A stretch of DNA of 33,870 nucleotides, taken from NCBI GenBank assembly GCA_001004665.1, contig LCRO01000007.1, positions 1 through 33,870 on the forward strand, written 5' to 3'. Below the pieces are notes generated by a model that saw nothing but the letters and a program-made list of their open reading frames with translations, was not told where the DNA came from and made no database searches. Made by a program: the position numbers and the translations under genes. This document shows positions 1 to 15,258 of this stretch, one piece after another. Source of the DNA: Candidatus Adlerbacteria bacterium GW2011_GWA1_54_10 (GTDB taxonomy: Bacteria; Patescibacteriota; Minisyncoccia; Phycocordibacterales; SBAW01). How positions within the stretch are numbered: position 1 is the first letter of the stretch; every line of letters begins with the position of its first letter.

Positions 1-1989
1 ATGCGCTCAAGGCGCGGCGAGGATTTGATATGGAACGGTTCGCCCGCCGCACCCCGCGCCGGCCGCGCCTCCGTGCGGCTTGTTTTTGACAACAGCGACC
101 GCGTGCTCGACCTCGACTTCGACCAGGCAGCGCTCGAGAGAGTGGTACACCACGGCGGGGAGAATGAATATGTTTTGAACGGATCGCAGGTACGCCTGCG
201 CGACATTGCCGGACTCCTTGCGGGAGCGAACATAGGCGCCTCCGGCCATCACATAATTTCACAGGGCGAGGCGGACAGGATCCTCTCCGCGCCTTTTCCA
301 CTGCGGCGCGAGATGGTGGAGGACGCGCTCGGCCTCACCGCGTATCTCTATAAGCGCGAGGAGGCGGAGCGCAAGCTCCAAAAGACGGGCGAGAATATAC
401 GCGAGGTGGAAAGCCTGCGCCGCGAACTTGTTCCTCATCTTAAATTTTTGGGTTCGCAAGTCAAAAAAATCGAGCAGGCGCAGACGCTCCAGGGCGAATT
501 GTCACGGCAGTATGCGGAGTATCTCTCGAGCGAGCGAGCGTACCTGCAGTACACGCAAAACACCCTTAAGGAAAACAGGGAACTTCCAGAAAGCGAGCTT
601 CGCGAGCTTAATAAAAAAGTCGAGCACCTACGAAAAGCGCTCGATAAAAAGCAGGATGTGGAGAGCGGAGAGCTTGTAGAGCTGGAGGCGCGCGGCCGCG
701 CCGCACGCGCCGCACGCGAGAAATTGGGTCGCGAGCTTGGGCGAGTAGAGGGCGAGATTTCCGCGCATACGCGACTTGCCGGCGAGAGCGGCGGCATATC
801 GGCAAAAGAAGCCCGCCAGTTCGGCGAGCAGGTGCTTGCGCTCGCGGAGAGCTCGCGATTGACGGACATAATGGCGCTCGCGCGGGAATTTTTGCAGAAA
901 ATCTCGCGGTTTATGCACAGCGGCGGCGCGGAAAAGTTTGAGGAGGAAAAAAACCGGCTTGAGCGCGAGCTGTTGCGGCTTGCAAGCGAGGAGCTTGAAA
1001 TCTCGGAGAGTACAGCGTCCATGCGCAAAAAAATGGAGAGCGAGAACGAGGCTAACCGTGCCGCGGAGCGGGAGCTGTTTGCCGCGATGGCAAGGCGCTC
1101 GGAGCTCGAGAGCATTTTCTCCGGAGTACGGGCGCAGGAGGAACTTCTCGCGCGCGAGTGTGAGAGGTTTAAGGAAGAGTTGCGCGAGGCGGCGGCGCTC
1201 CTGGGGAGGGATGCTTTGGCTTACGAGGAGCACGCCGTGTTCGATGACGAACCGCGAGGAGCCCAAGAGGAGCGCCGCCGCAAGATCGAGCGTCTCAAGA
1301 TAAGGCTTGAGGAGTCCGGCACGGCCGGAGCGGAGGATGTTTTGCGCGAGCATCAGGAAACGACCGAGAGGGACCAATTCCTCGCGCGCGAGCTTACCGA
1401 CTTGGCGAAGTCTGCGCAGTCACTGCGGGAGCTTATAGGCGACCTTACGGCGACGCTTGAGACGCGCTTCAAAGACGGGATAGAAAAGATCAATAAGGAG
1501 TTCGACGCATTCTTCAAAATACTGTTCGGGGGCGGCACCGCGTCGCTTGCGATGATAAAAGAAAAGAAATTAAAAAGAGGCGCTCCGGAAGCTGAAAGCG
1601 AAGAGAACGATAAAGAAGAGGATGTCGAAGTTGAGGAGGGAATAGACATTGTGATTTCCCTACCACACAAAAGAATAAAAGGACTCCACATGCTCTCCGG
1701 CGGCGAGCGGGCGCTTACCTCGATAGCGCTTATCTTTGCCATGTCGCAGGTCAATCCGCCCCCATTCCTTATACTCGACGAGACCGACGCGGCGCTCGAC
1801 GAGGCCAACTCTCGCCGCTACGGCGACATGCTAGAGAATTTGGCCAAAAAATCCCAGCTCATCTTGATAACTCACAACCGCGAGACAATGTCCCGCGCGA
1901 GCGCGCTTTACGGCGTTACGATGGGCGGAGACGGCGTCTCGAAACTGCTTTCGGTAAAATTCGAGGAAGCAGTAGCCGTGGCCAAGTAA
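1..1989 (+). CDS. smc: SMC-family ATPase (5'-partial; unusually short coiled coil)
   Basis: RSRRGEDLIWNGS head segment, Q-loop ISQGE, signature LSGGE, Walker B/D-loop ILDETDAALD and H-loop ITHN. Walker A lies upstream of the window, so Met1 is internal. Confidence 0.9.
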   Translation: MRSRRGEDLIWNGSPAAPRAGRASVRLVFDNSDRVLDLDFDQAALERVVHHGGENEYVLNGSQVRLRDIAGLLAGANIGASGHHIISQGEADRILSAPFPLRREMVEDALGLTAYLYKREEAERKLQKTGENIREVESLRRELVPHLKFLGSQVKKIEQAQTLQGELSRQYAEYLSSERAYLQYTQNTLKENRELPESELRELNKKVEHLRKALDKKQDVESGELVELEARGRAARAAREKLGRELGRVEGEISAHTRLAGESGGISAKEARQFGEQVLALAESSRLTDIMALAREFLQKISRFMHSGGAEKFEEEKNRLERELLRLASEELEISESTASMRKKMESENEANRAAERELFAAMARRSELESIFSGVRAQEELLARECERFKEELREAAALLGRDALAYEEHAVFDDEPRGAQEERRRKIERLKIRLEESGTAGAEDVLREHQETTERDQFLARELTDLAKSAQSLRELIGDLTATLETRFKDGIEKINKEFDAFFKILFGGGTASLAMIKEKKLKRGAPEAESEENDKEEDVEVEEGIDIVISLPHKRIKGLHMLSGGERALTSIALIFAMSQVNPPPFLILDETDAALDEANSRRYGDMLENLAKKSQLILITHNRETMSRASALYGVTMGGDGVSKLLSVKFEEAVAVAK

Positions 1990-1996
1990 GATTCCA

Positions 1997-2032
1997 TGAT
2001 ATAATCTATTCAGTCGATCTTAAATTAGGAGG
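1997..2032 (+). promoter_or_regulatory. Extended -10 promoter and Shine-Dalgarno for the 2038 ORF
   Basis: TGaTATAAT at 1997-2005. AGGAGG at 2027-2032, 5 nt before GTG 2038. Confidence 0.6.
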
Positions 2033-2037
2033 GGCAC

Positions 2038-2307
2038 GTGAATCTAGTCAGGTTTACACGGATTCCCGCGCAGTTAAGGTGGGCCTTCGACTACTACCCG
2101 TTTGAAATCCGGCATGGTCGGGTCTCCAGTGGTAATGGGCCGCTGTTGGTCGGGGTGTGGCGGCGTAAGGGGTCTGGTCAACCATATGAGCCTGTTTCGG
2201 CTCAGTTTGTGGCCAACCATATTGCATCAAAAGTGCGTGGGAGCTACGTGCTTCCGCAAACCGACGAGGATCTAAACACTGCCCTGCGGCAACTCCAAGT
2301 GGCTTAA
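2038..2307 (+). CDS. Hypothetical protein (89 aa)
   Basis: Fills the smc-rnr gap and has its own TATAAT and strong SD. Stop overlaps the rnr stop. No recognised motif. Confidence 0.6.
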   Translation: MNLVRFTRIPAQLRWAFDYYPFEIRHGRVSSGNGPLLVGVWRRKGSGQPYEPVSAQFVANHIASKVRGSYVLPQTDEDLNTALRQLQVA

Positions 2308-4277
2308 GTCAGCTCGAAATCGAGCTGTCGCATAGCCAGGTCGGCCGCAATCAGGCGCACTCGGACGGAATCTCCGAGTGCGTATTTCTTTTTCTTGCGC
2401 GCTCCGACAAGCGCATATTCTTTTTGTGAATAGTTGTAATAATCGTCTCGGAGAGTGCGTACATGCACAAGACCCTCCGCGGCGCTTTCTTTTTCTTCCA
2501 CGTACAGGCCCCACTCCGTCACGCCGGATATCACGCCGTCGAAAGTTTGTCCTATCTTATCCTGCATGTACTCCACCTGCTTATAGCGGACCGACTCGCG
2601 TTCGGCGTCTACGGCCCTTGCCTCCGCCTCGGATGCCTCGATGCACATTTTTTCGAGGTTGGCATATTCTTTGCGGGTTATAGGCTTACCATTCAGGTGT
2701 GATTCCAATATGCGGTGTGCCAGCATGTCTGGGTAGCGGCGTATCGGCGAGGTAAAGTGGGTGTAATACTCGAATGCGAGCCCGAAGTGCCCGATATTTT
2801 TGGTTGAGTATATCGCCTTTGCCATACTGCGGAGAGTTGCCGTGCGTATAAGGTGCTCCTCCGGCTTGCCTTCTATCTGTTTGAGTAATTTTTGAATGTC
2901 TTTAGTGGAGAATTTTTTCTGCTTATTCTTCCCGAATTCATATCCCACGGCGCGGACGAATGTCGCCAGCTCCTCGATGCGGTCGGACTTCGGTTCGTCA
3001 TGTATGCGGTAAAGAAAGATAAGATTCTTTTCCGGCACGTTTTCCGCGAGCTTGGAAATATAGCTTGCCACCTCGCGGTTAGCGAGCAGCATGAACTCTT
3101 CTATCAGTAAATTAGTCCCCATTCTTTCTTTTCGGCGCACGGACAGTGGCTTGCCGTTTTTATCCAGTTCGAAGTGCACCTCACTGTCGCCGAAGTCTAT
3201 TGCCCCTTCTTTTTCTCTATTCTTGCGCAAGATGCGGGCCAGATTTTGTAATATTAAGAGCTCATTTGCGAAGGTCAGACCTTCGCAAGCTTGCGAAGGT
3301 CTGACCTTCGCATCCGCAGTATCGAGCACCATCTGCGCCTCCTCGTATGTAAACCGCCTGTCGGAGCGGATTACGGATTTTTGGAATTTCCGTCCCAGCA
3401 CTTCGGCGTTTTTATTCATACGAAAGACTGCCGAAAAAGCGAGCCGATCCTCCCCTGGCTTTAGCGACGCCCCCCCCGCCGAGATCTCGTGCGGGAGCAT
3501 TGGAATGGTCGCATCGACGAGGTACACACTGGTGCCGCGGCGCCTCGCCTCGTCGTCTATGGCGGTTCCGGGTCGGCAGAAGAAAGTAGCATCGGCAATA
3601 TGCACGCCGATCTCAAACTCGCCGTTCGGCATCGCTACGCAGGAGAGAGCGTCGTCGAAGTCCTTGGCGTCCGCGGGGTCTATGGTAAAGGTCGGCGTGC
3701 CACGAAAGTCAGTTCGGCGCGCCGCCTCGGACTTAAGGATTTGGTCGTGATCGTGCCCCAGAGCCTGTGCCTCGGCCAAAACATCGGTTGGAAAATCCGT
3801 CCGAAAGCCGTGCTCCAGCACTATGGCGTTCATCTCTACCCTGTGCTCGCCCGCCTTGCCTAAGTGTTCTATTACTGTGCCTTTTGCGGCAATGCCGTCA
3901 AAAAAGTCCAGATGTATCAGAACTTTCTCTCCCTCGGCGAAATCGCGCCCTTTTATCTGTATGGGGCGGTAGAATTTAATATCGTCCGGCTGGACAAAGA
4001 CGGCACCTCGAGAACCCTGTTTTAAGGCGTCGCCTTGAATAATCGTTCCAACAAAATCTTCTTTCGCGCGCGTTATGATTTTTTTGACTTTTCCTTTGGG
4101 ACGGGGAAAAAGCGCCGCAAGTTCCACTTCCACCGTATCGCCGTTAAGAGCGCCCCCCAGGTCATCAGTCCGGATTTCGATGTCTTCTTTATCTTTCTCC
4201 CACGCTACATAACCCACCGCCTTTCGCGTGAGCTCTATGATGCCGGTTATGTGTTTTTTGCCCTTGATATTGCGCAT
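2304..4277 (-). CDS. rnr: Ribonuclease R (RNB + S1 domains)
   Basis: FTIDPADAKDFDDALS catalytic motif, LIEEFMLLAN, HFTSPIRRYPD and a C-terminal S1 domain. Confidence 0.95.
   Translation of the reverse strand: MRNIKGKKHITGIIELTRKAVGYVAWEKDKEDIEIRTDDLGGALNGDTVEVELAALFPRPKGKVKKIITRAKEDFVGTIIQGDALKQGSRGAVFVQPDDIKFYRPIQIKGRDFAEGEKVLIHLDFFDGIAAKGTVIEHLGKAGEHRVEMNAIVLEHGFRTDFPTDVLAEAQALGHDHDQILKSEAARRTDFRGTPTFTIDPADAKDFDDALSCVAMPNGEFEIGVHIADATFFCRPGTAIDDEARRRGTSVYLVDATIPMLPHEISAGGASLKPGEDRLAFSAVFRMNKNAEVLGRKFQKSVIRSDRRFTYEEAQMVLDTADAKVRPSQACEGLTFANELLILQNLARILRKNREKEGAIDFGDSEVHFELDKNGKPLSVRRKERMGTNLLIEEFMLLANREVASYISKLAENVPEKNLIFLYRIHDEPKSDRIEELATFVRAVGYEFGKNKQKKFSTKDIQKLLKQIEGKPEEHLIRTATLRSMAKAIYSTKNIGHFGLAFEYYTHFTSPIRRYPDMLAHRILESHLNGKPITRKEYANLEKMCIEASEAEARAVDAERESVRYKQVEYMQDKIGQTFDGVISGVTEWGLYVEEKESAAEGLVHVRTLRDDYYNYSQKEYALVGARKKKKYALGDSVRVRLIAADLAMRQLDFELT
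3267..3312. repeat. Perfect 46-bp palindrome (inverted REP-like doublet) in frame inside rnr
   Basis: TGCGAAGGTCAGACCTTCGCAAGCTTGCGAAGGTCTGACCTTCGCA equals its own reverse complement. Each half is itself a hairpin. Confidence 0.95.
3996..4038 (-). repeat. REP-like element in frame inside rnr; homologous to 15376-15420 in rpoD
   Basis: Minus strand TCAAGGCGACGCCTTAAAACA matches rpoD TCAAGGCGACACCTTAAAACA at 20 of 21 nt. Confidence 0.8.
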
Positions 4278-4306
4278 TTTACCATATTCGTGCTACAGTG
4301 TCGCGC

Positions 4307-4684
4307 GTGCTTACCATCCGTTTAACCCGTGTCGGCAAAAAGAAGGACGCATCTTTCCGCGTTATTGTCGTGGACTCGAAGAAAAAGGTGAAGGCCGGAA
4401 ATTATTTGGAAATGCTCGGCTCCTACGACCCGCGCGTTAACAAAGCGGATATCAAGGGCGAGCGCGTAAAGCACTGGTTATCGCACGGGGCCAAGACAAG
4501 CGACACGGTGCATAATTTGCTGATCTCGCAAAAAGTAATTGAAGGGAAGAAAATAAACGTATTGCCGAGGAAGACGGTTCCCAAGCTCGAAGAGCCAAAA
4601 TCCAAAGCCGAAGAGCCTAAAGCAGATGCTACTGTTACTACGGAGGTTGCAGAAGCGGCATCTGCTGATACAATTCAGGAGTAA
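4307..4684 (+). CDS. rpsP: 30S ribosomal protein S16
   Basis: MLTIRLTRVGKKKDASFRVIVVDS...YLEMLGSYDP. GTG 4307 is preferred over 4298 by family N-terminus. Low-complexity C-terminal tail. Confidence 0.95.
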   Translation: MLTIRLTRVGKKKDASFRVIVVDSKKKVKAGNYLEMLGSYDPRVNKADIKGERVKHWLSHGAKTSDTVHNLLISQKVIEGKKINVLPRKTVPKLEEPKSKAEEPKADATVTTEVAEAASADTIQE

Positions 4685-4707
4685 TTATATAAAATTAATA
4701 TACCGAT

Positions 4708-5064
4708 ATGGCAGAACAAGATCAGGATTTTTTGGAGTTTGTCGTTAAAGGGCTTGTTGATCATCCGGAAAGCATCAAAATCAGCCGCGTTGTGGATGAA
4801 ATGGGCGTGCTTTTGACCCTCGATCTCAATGCCGAGGACATGGGCAAGGTTATAGGCCGCAGTGGCAACACGGCGAAGGCCATCCGCACGCTTTTGCGCG
4901 TAGTGGGAATGAAGAACAATGCGCGCGTCAACCTTAAGATAAACGAGCCCGAGGGCGGCACGCGCGGTTCTGCGGATACCGGATGGGACGGCACGCATGA
5001 GGCGCCCGCCTCTCCCGCGATGAAGTCCGTCGACGAGGCGATGGAGGACCTCTCCAAGTTTTAA
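4708..5064 (+). CDS. khpA: KH-domain RNA-binding protein (KhpA/YlqC family)
   Basis: EDMGKVIGRSGNTAKAIRTLL GxxG KH motif. Conserved position after rpsP. Confidence 0.9.
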   Translation: MAEQDQDFLEFVVKGLVDHPESIKISRVVDEMGVLLTLDLNAEDMGKVIGRSGNTAKAIRTLLRVVGMKNNARVNLKINEPEGGTRGSADTGWDGTHEAPASPAMKSVDEAMEDLSKF

Positions 5065-5179
5065 GCGAAGCAAAAACCAAGTTTGAGAGAATGTTGGTAG
5101 GCGCGACGGCGCCGGACATAGAAAAATTTTCAGCAGAAAATTTTTTGCATTCGGTGCAAACTTGGTTTTTTGCGAAGCG
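5064..5179 (+). repeat. ~115-bp structured repeat, copy 1
   Basis: Terminal inverted arms AAAAACCAAGTTTG/CAAACTTGGTTTTT and an inner hairpin. Aligns to the reverse complement of 20968-21081. Confidence 0.9.
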
Positions 5180-5182
5180 TGT

Positions 5183-5842
5183 ATGAATTTCCATGTAATA
5201 ACGCTTTTTCCGGAGGTTATCGAGGCGTATGCTAATGTCTCGATTTTGGGGCGCGCTCAAAAAGAAAAAAAGATCAAAGTGATTGTGCATCAACTGCGCG
5301 ATTTTGCCGGAAATAAATGGGGCAAGGTGGACGAGAGGCCTTATGGCGGCGGCCCAGGCATGGTCTTGCGTGCGGAGCCTGTAATAAAAGCGGTGCAAAA
5401 GATACTAAAAACTAAAAATCCAAAACTGAAGACTAGGATTATTATCACTTCGGCTGGAGGGAAACCCTTGACCAATGCATACGCAAAGATCCTCGCAAAA
5501 AAACATCAAAATATAATTATAGTGTGCGGGCGATACGAGGGTATAGATGCGCGCGCGAAAAAAGTACTAAAAGCGGATGAGGTCTCGGCCGGACCCTACA
5601 TTTTGACCGGAGGCGAGCTACCGGCGCTCGCCATAGTGGACGCCGCCGCGCGGCAGATACCGGGCGTCCTCGGCAAATTCGAGTCGCTTGAGGAGGGCAG
5701 GGTCGCCAGCCACGACGTTTATACACGTCCGGAGATTCTTAAAGTAAAAGGGAAGTCGTATAGAGTCCCGAAGGTTTTGCTTTCGGGCCATCATGCCAAA
5801 ATAAACGCTCTGCGGCAGAAAAGGCGAAGCGCTCAAAAATGA
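5183..5842 (+). CDS. trmD: tRNA (guanine37-N1)-methyltransferase
   Basis: MNFHVITLFPE, VDERPYGGGPGMVL, CGRYEGIDAR, YILTGGELPA. Start set at ATG 5183. Confidence 0.95.
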   Translation: MNFHVITLFPEVIEAYANVSILGRAQKEKKIKVIVHQLRDFAGNKWGKVDERPYGGGPGMVLRAEPVIKAVQKILKTKNPKLKTRIIITSAGGKPLTNAYAKILAKKHQNIIIVCGRYEGIDARAKKVLKADEVSAGPYILTGGELPALAIVDAAARQIPGVLGKFESLEEGRVASHDVYTRPEILKVKGKSYRVPKVLLSGHHAKINALRQKRRSAQK

Positions 5843-6462
5843 GCAGACTGCCCCCAAAATGGTCCTCGGAGTGGAAAAGGCGTGAGACAGAAATAAAGGG
5901 CCGCCTCGATGAATTTTCAAGAGTTCCGGTATCGGAACATTTTTACGAGCTGTGCTTCTGCATTCTAACGCCGCAATCCAAAGCCCGACATGCCGAGCGG
6001 GTGGTCTGTGAGCTAAAGTGCGACAAATTTTATGAGCGAGGATTCGACCCGACTCCGTATCTTAGGAATCCGAAAAATTACATCCGCTTTCACAATACAA
6101 AGTCCAAGAGGCTTCTTCGGGTCCGAGCTGTTTTTCCTAAAATTGCGGCGAAAATCCACAATTCAGATTCGTCGGTTCTTTTGCGCAGGGAACTTATTGA
6201 ATTGATCCCGGGATTCGGAATGAAAGAGAGCTCGCACTTTTTGCGCAACATTGGCGTGCACGGGCTTGCTATCATTGACCGCCATGTCGCGAAGCACTTG
6301 AAGCAGTTGGGGCTAATACCCAAAATTCCTAAAACAATCTCCAAAAAGCAGTATCTGGAAATAGAAAAAAAATGGCACTCATTCGCAAAAAAAGTCGGCA
6401 TCTCGCTCGACGAACTCGACCTTCTTTTTTGGTCCATGGAGACCGGAGAGGTGAGAAAATAA
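5839..6462 (+). CDS. ogg: 8-oxoguanine N-glycosylase/AP lyase (HhH, archaeal/Thermotoga Ogg-like)
   Basis: ELCFCILTPQS, IRFHNTK, HhH motif GFGMKESSHFLRNIG, AIIDRHV and ELDLLFWSMETG. Confidence 0.85.
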   Translation: MSRLPPKWSSEWKRRETEIKGRLDEFSRVPVSEHFYELCFCILTPQSKARHAERVVCELKCDKFYERGFDPTPYLRNPKNYIRFHNTKSKRLLRVRAVFPKIAAKIHNSDSSVLLRRELIELIPGFGMKESSHFLRNIGVHGLAIIDRHVAKHLKQLGLIPKIPKTISKKQYLEIEKKWHSFAKKVGISLDELDLLFWSMETGEVRK

Positions 6463-6479
6463 GCTTGGGGACAGGGGAG

Positions 6480-6507
6480 TTGCGCGGGAAAGGGGATCTG
6501 ATACACT
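6480..6507 (+). promoter_or_regulatory. Putative sigma70 promoter for rpoBC
   Basis: TTGCGC (6480-6485), 16 bp, then TACACT (6502-6507) with a TG extension. Confidence 0.5.
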
Positions 6508-6530
6508 ATCCGACGAAACCAACGGGCCGT

Positions 6531-6559
6531 GCCTTTCGTAGCTTTAGCGAAGGAGGGGC
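6531..6559. repeat. Short imperfect palindrome (REP-like) in the rpoBC leader
   Basis: CCTTTCG-TAGCTTTAG-CGAAGG hairpin. Confidence 0.55.
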
Positions 6560-6713
6560 ATAACGAATGAGTATCGAGAAGGAGGTTTCGATACGAAATA
6601 ATAGTGGTACCAAAGGCCACCTGAAATTCAGCAATCTGGAACAGGGGCGCTTTATGCGCTCGCTCTTGTTGTGTTTTTAGCCGATATCCCACTTAACCAT
6701 TAATTAAACCGCC

Positions 6714-13571
<6,858 letters not shown>

Positions 13572-13618
13572 ATCGCCACCATTCAGACGTATTGTAAAGT
13601 TAGTGTAAAATAACAGGG

Positions 13619-15241
13619 ATGGATCCTGTAGTGCAGAAAATAAAAGAGAAACTTAATATAGCGGACGTTATAGGACAATATGTGCCTTTGCGTCGCGTCG
13701 GCCGCAACTGGACCGCAAAGTGTCCCTTCCACAAGGAGCGCACGCCGAGCTTCCATGTCTCGCCGGAGCGGGGAACCTATATGTGTTTTGGCTGTGGGGA
13801 GAAGGGCGACGTTTTTTCTTTTGTTCAAAAAATGGACGGACTCGATTTTCCTACTGCTTTAAAGCAGTTGGCCGAGAAAGCGGGAGTGAAGCTGGATAGG
13901 CTCTCTCCGCAAGATTCGACCTTGCAGAGAGAAAAAGAGGAAAGACTCCACGAAGCGTGCGAAGCGGCTGCCAAATTTTTTGAATCGGAACTTAAAAAAA
14001 GAAAGGACGTACTTGGATATATAAAGACCCGCGGTGTTACTCTGGAGACGGCGGCGGTGTGGCGACTGGGGTACGCGCCGGCGGATTGGGAGCAGTTGTC
14101 GCGGCATTTGATGGCGACAGGCTTTGCAGCGGACGAATTAGTTCAAGCTGGTCTCGCAGTAAAGTCCGAAAAAACCCCCGGGACGGTCTTCGACAGATTC
14201 CGCGGGCGAATAATGTTCCCGATCTTTGACGCGGCAAATCAGGTAATAGCCTTTTCGGGGCGTTTTTTTGAAAATATTCCAAGCGCTAAAGGAGCAGAGC
14301 CGGCAAAATATGTAAACTCACCCGAGACGGAGCTGTTCAGGAAGTCGAGAGTTCTGTACGGATACGACAGGGCATTCAAGGCGATACGCAAAGCGGATTG
14401 CATTTTGCTTGTGGAGGGGCAGTTCGACCTCATTCTTGCGCATCAGTCAGGTATTCCGTTTGCCGTGGCGCTCTCCGGAACCGCGCTGACTGGAGAACAT
14501 TTGGCGCGTCTGGGGAGGCTTTCCAAGCGCCTGGTGCTCGCTCTAGACGCCGATGCGGCGGGCCTCCGAGCCGGCCTTAAATCCGCATTGATGGCGCTTG
14601 CGGCGGGATTTGACGTAAAAGTCCCTGTCTTTCCGGCGGGAAAGGACCCTGCGGATCTCGCGCGCGAAAACCCGGAGCTGTTAAAAGCCGCCGTGCGTAC
14701 AAGCAAGACTGCAGTCGAGTTCTTTCTTAACTCGCTGCAATTCTCCGCGCGTGACGGGCGCGGATATAAAAAAATAGTAGAGGCGCAAGTATTGCCTCTC
14801 ATCGCCGTCATGGAAAGCAGGATAGACCAGGATCATTTTATCGGAGTCGTCGCGCACGCGATCGACGTTTCGCCGGAGGCAGTGCGCTCGGAAGTCATTA
14901 AACTTGAGGGCTTGCCCGGCATCGCGGGAGCGATGCCGGGTTCACCGGAAATTCACGAAAAAAGTGCAGAATCTTTGCTTACCCCGCTCCAGAAAAAAGC
15001 GGGAATGCTGATATTCAAATTCGGCATAGATTCCAAAGCCGTTCGCAGGCTTTCCGAAGCGCTTGGCGAAGAGAAACTCCGCGAACTTGAGAGATCGCTT
15101 GAGCCGCATGCAGAGGAACTCCGGTTCCGCTTCGACAGGGAGCTCGGCGACCATACGAGCGAGGCTCGGATAACGGAAGACATCATAGTTGATATTATTC
15201 GGCTGATGGAGCGCGAACGTGTCAAAATGAAGTTTACGTGA
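13619..15241 (+). CDS. dnaG: DNA primase
   Basis: CHC2 zinc finger CPFHKERTPSF...CFGC, DRFRGRIMFPI, KYVNSPET, and TOPRIM VEGQFD and DAD. Confidence 0.95.
   Translation: MDPVVQKIKEKLNIADVIGQYVPLRRVGRNWTAKCPFHKERTPSFHVSPERGTYMCFGCGEKGDVFSFVQKMDGLDFPTALKQLAEKAGVKLDRLSPQDSTLQREKEERLHEACEAAAKFFESELKKRKDVLGYIKTRGVTLETAAVWRLGYAPADWEQLSRHLMATGFAADELVQAGLAVKSEKTPGTVFDRFRGRIMFPIFDAANQVIAFSGRFFENIPSAKGAEPAKYVNSPETELFRKSRVLYGYDRAFKAIRKADCILLVEGQFDLILAHQSGIPFAVALSGTALTGEHLARLGRLSKRLVLALDADAAGLRAGLKSALMALAAGFDVKVPVFPAGKDPADLARENPELLKAAVRTSKTAVEFFLNSLQFSARDGRGYKKIVEAQVLPLIAVMESRIDQDHFIGVVAHAIDVSPEAVRSEVIKLEGLPGIAGAMPGSPEIHEKSAESLLTPLQKKAGMLIFKFGIDSKAVRRLSEALGEEKLRELERSLEPHAEELRFRFDRELGDHTSEARITEDIIVDIIRLMERERVKMKFT
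13902..13932. repeat. Imperfect hairpin in the dnaG interdomain linker
   Basis: TCTCTCCGCAAG-ATTCGAC-CTTGCAGAGAGA: 12-bp stem with 1 mismatch. Core AAGA-TTCGA-CCTT resembles AAGG-N5-CCTT. Confidence 0.55.
14915..14940. repeat. Perfect 11-bp-stem hairpin in frame in the dnaG C-terminal linker
   Basis: CCCGGCATCGC-GGGA-GCGATGCCGGG, encoding PGIAGAMPG. Confidence 0.7.
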
Positions 15242-15258
15242 TATACTATTGTTGAAAG

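Noticed and set aside
3091-3750. 219-aa antisense ORF sharing a peptide with RNase R
   Set aside because: The shared peptide is a consequence of the palindrome; this is a shadow ORF.
6600-6620. TGGTACC resembling a T-box bulge in the rpoBC leader
   Set aside because: No complementary antiterminator arms or stem I, and the downstream gene is not amino-acid related.
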